A stretch of 64,000 bases of DNA from Torpedo marmorata (lineage: Eukaryota), in NCBI GenBank assembly GCA_977017645.1, contig OZ360242.1:38688001-38752000 (forward strand), in the 5' to 3' direction. The translations under genes were made by a program, and so were the position numbers. Position 1 is the first letter of the stretch; every line of letters starts with the position of its first letter. This document shows, piece after piece, positions 60,901-64,000 of this stretch. The notes below the pieces were generated by a model. The model was not told where the DNA came from and searched no databases. It worked only from the letters and a program-made list of their open reading frames with translations.

Positions 60901-61768
60901 TTAAAGCTTCCCAAATAATAAATTTATTATCAGTAGAATTAGAATTTATTTGTAAAAATTCCTGAATTTCCCTTTTCATATAATCACAAAAATCCTTTCT
61001 TTTTAATAAAGAATTAAATCTCCAGCTATATACAGTTTTTTCTTTTTCCGGAATTATACAAGATATTAATAAAGGTGAATGATCAGAAATTATTCTCGCT
61101 TTATAAGATGCTTGCGTTATTCTATGTTGAACCTGTGAAGACAATAAAAATAGATCTATCCTAGAATATGAATCGTGTCTAAAAGAATAAAAAGAATAAT
61201 GTTTTTCTCTAGAATTCAATTTTCTCCAAATATCTATTAAATTTAAATCTTTCATCAAAGTGAGAACTCTTTTAGCAATTTTAGTTTTAACAACTGATCT
61301 TGATGTTTTATCCATTATTGGATCTAAACAACAATTAAAATCCCCACCAATTAAAATATTCTCATTAGCTTCTGACAAATGTAAAAAAGAGTCTTGAATA
61401 AACTGTTCATCATCCGCATTTGGTACATACAAATTCATAAGTGTCCAAAATTCTGAATATATCTGGCAATGTATTAAAACATATCTACCTGCCACATCTA
61501 TAACTACAGATTGTATTTTAAAAGGTAACTTTTTATTAACTAGTATAGCTACTCCTCTTGCTTTAGAATTAAATGAGGAAGCCACCACTTGGCCAACCCA
61601 TTCTCTTTTTAACTTCTGATGTTCCGAATCTGTCAAATGCGTCTCTTGTAACAAAGCTATATCTACATTCAATTTTTTAATATACGCTAAAGTTCTCTTT
61701 CTTTTAATCGGATTATTAAGCCCATTTATATTAATACTTACTACATTTATTGTTTTACTGTCCATCAT
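57989..61768 (-). pseudogene. L1 ORF2 (APE endonuclease and RT), frameshifted
   Basis: SININGLNNPIKRK, LQETH, GGDFN, SRID, SDHSP, KSPGEDGF, YRPISLLN, RQGCPLSP and LFADD. Confidence 0.93.
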
Positions 61769-62023
61769 TACTAAATTTTATTAAATCTCTTTCGATCAAA
61801 TCCACCAGCACCTTCCTCCAAAGTCGTAATCTATTTGACATCTCCTTGAAAAGAAAGAAGAAAAAAAGAAGAAAAAGAAAAAATCCAAAACCCCAATGAA
61901 TAAAGTACTGGTGAAATTACCCCAGTATTACCCCCCTCCATTACGGTGGTATGTGGCTAGGAAGGAGAAACAAAAAGTCCACCTCTCCCCAACAGATTTT
62001 ACACAACATTTATAATCATAACT

Positions 62024-63400
62024 TCATTTAGCTTTTTCAGAGTCCACAATATCTTGATCTTCATCAATCTCGACCTCGGCTTCCTCCTCTTTTTCTGAAG
62101 TACTTGGCAAAGAAACTTGCGATGGTGAAATCCCTTGAACTTGTTGATAGACCATCAAATCTTGATCTTTCTTCAAATAAGGAAGAGAATTTGCATATTG
62201 TAGCACTTGTTGGCAGTCCATAAAAGAAAGAAATTGATTTTCTTCAGTTTGAACCTTCAAAACCGCAGGATATCTAAAGGAAAACTTATATCCCTTTTTC
62301 CAAAGAATCGCTCTTGCTGGATTAAATTCTTTCTGACTTTTAACTATAGTTGAACTCAAATCAGGATAAAAGAAAACTCTGTTATCTTTAACCTTCAGTG
62401 GAGATTTATTCGTTTTCGCATTTTGAATAGCCGCTCTTAATATTTTTCCTCTGTCTTGATATCGAAGACATTTAATCAGAACTGAACGTGGTCTTTGATC
62501 TGCATATTGATTCCATCTTCCAATTCTATGTGCTCTCTCTCTAACTCCACTGACTTATCTAAATCCAGAACCTCCAAAAGCCAATTCTGAAAAAATTCAG
62601 TTGTATCATATTTTTCAAAATTTTCAGGAAGTCCCACAATTTTAATATTATTCCTCTGGCTTTGATTTTCCAATACATCCAATTTTTGTAAAAGTTGATT
62701 TCTTTGTTGTTCCCAACCTGTGAATGAATCTTCTATTTTATCAACTCTATCCTTATAATCCATCATTTCTTCATAATTTTCTTTAACTTCTTTATCAATT
62801 TCTTGAACTTGCACTTTCACTGCATTCACAGTATTTTTCAGACCTTTCATATCTTGTTTCACATCTTTAATCTCTTCTTCGATTACATTAAATCTAGATT
62901 GCATATGAGATTCCAGTTTTGAAATAGCCTTAAGTATTTGTTGGGTTTGCCTTGTTGACTGTTCTTCATCAGTTGAGTCCTCAGGGTCTCCCTCCAGTTC
63001 TTCCATTTCTTGCTCCAACATTTGTTTCTTTTCTTTCACTTTTTCATCTGAATCTGAAGATGTTTCAAGTCCCATAGCGTATTGCAACGTCTGTGGGACG
63101 TCTCTTTTGCTGTCAGATTTATCTGACAGTTCGCGTTGTCTATCGCGCATGCGCGTCTTTTCGCGCATGCGCAGTTGTTCTGTCGTCATTCTTGTAGTTT
63201 TCCTTCGAGCGCCGGCGCCATCTTCCCCAGCTCCCTGGGAGAGCAGCGCCAGCGCTGCAGTCACTCTCGGCGTCCTCGATCATGCAGACTTCGGAGGGAG
63301 AATTACCTGAGTCTCAGGCTCCATCGGACAGGTAGGCCGTTCTTCTTCTTGAAGTAAAATTGGTTGAAACATTGCTTTCTTTGCTTTCTGTTCTCTCATT
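62024..63400 (-). pseudogene. L1 ORF1, frameshifted
   Basis: Coiled coil, LENQSQRNNIKIVGLPE, FYPDLS and RYPAVLKV in ORF pieces 62476-63264 and 62024-62359. Confidence 0.88.
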
Positions 63401-63550
63401 TTTCTAGAGGTCATTGCTAAGTATTTCATAGAAACTTTTAATCTGTTTTTAAGCTATGTAAAGTTATTTATATACACTTTTTAACTAAATCTGTGGGGAG
63501 AGGTGTATCCTCACGTCTCCAACCTACACCATCACGCCACGCCCCATCTA

Positions 63551-64000
63551 TGGGGGTGACACCAAAACTAGGGGACACAGCCTCAAGATTTGGGGGAGTA
63601 GATTTAGGACAGAGATGAGTAAAAACAGTTTTTCCCAAAGAGTGGTGAATTTGAGGAATTTTCTACCCAGGAAAGTGGTTGAGGCTGCTTCATTGAACAT
63701 ATTTAAGGTTCAGTTGGATAGATTTTTACGTAAAAAAGGAATTAGGGGATATGGGGAAAGGGCAGGTAGGTGGAGTTAGGTCATTGATCAGATTAGCCAT
63801 GATCTTATTGAATGGCGGAGCAGGCTTGATGGGCCGGTTGGCGTACTCCTGTTCCTAATTTCTTATGTTCTTATGGAGCAGATGGAAGAATTCTTGAAGG
63901 CAGCCAAGTTTGAGAAGGATCCTCCATGGTTGATCTTGACTGATAGCGTCAAAGGCTTTTGTAAGGCCTATAAATGATTCAGCTCTCTGCATGAGGATTT
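63551..64000 (+). repeat. Direct duplicate of 57216-57665 (CR1 tail plus unique flank)
   Basis: Ungapped match at offset 6335 with about 9 substitutions. It extends past the CR1 tail into non-repeat flank and runs to the window edge. Confidence 0.95.

Larger units (their letters stand above)
57703..63544 (-). mobile_element. Full-length, degenerate L1 (5'UTR, ORF1, ORF2, 3'UTR)
   Basis: 5' end GGGCGTGGCGTGATGG; ORF1 coiled coil and RNNIKIVGLPE; ORF2 endonuclease, RT and zinc finger; AATAAAA at the 3' end. Confidence 0.95.

Overview
Eukaryotic, AT-rich, non-genic-looking DNA (intron or intergenic), most of it transposable elements. The repeat mix suggests a cartilaginous fish (inference): CR1/HER1-type LINEs, HE1/V-SINE-like SINEs, Rex1/Babar LINEs, fish-type L1 and Penelope-type palindromic relics. 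No host protein-coding exon could be identified. There are three Gmr1-like Gypsy proviruses (10476-17529, 24219-36203, 38389-41095), all with tRNA-Pro primer sites and 4-bp target site duplications (TSDs) and each crippled by a different deletion; integrase precedes RT/RNase H in the two that retain pol sequence. A BEL/Pao element (26310-32351) is nested in the second provirus. A full-length L1 (57703-63544) and many nested LINE fragments fill much of the rest. The standout is the BEL/Pao element. It has paired LTRs and a clean 5-bp TSD but no RT, RNase H or integrase core. In their place, in frame after the protease, is a coiled-coil segment that closely resembles host MIPOL1 as I recall the sequence. 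Its Gag also starts with an SLTM/SAFB-like SAP domain. It therefore looks like a trans-mobilised LTR element carrying one or two captured host-gene pieces. Other notable items: a twin-priming L1 inversion, a >=450-bp duplication flanking the full-length L1, an L1-associated ~2-kb deletion, and two Rex1-type insertions at the same CR1 codon.
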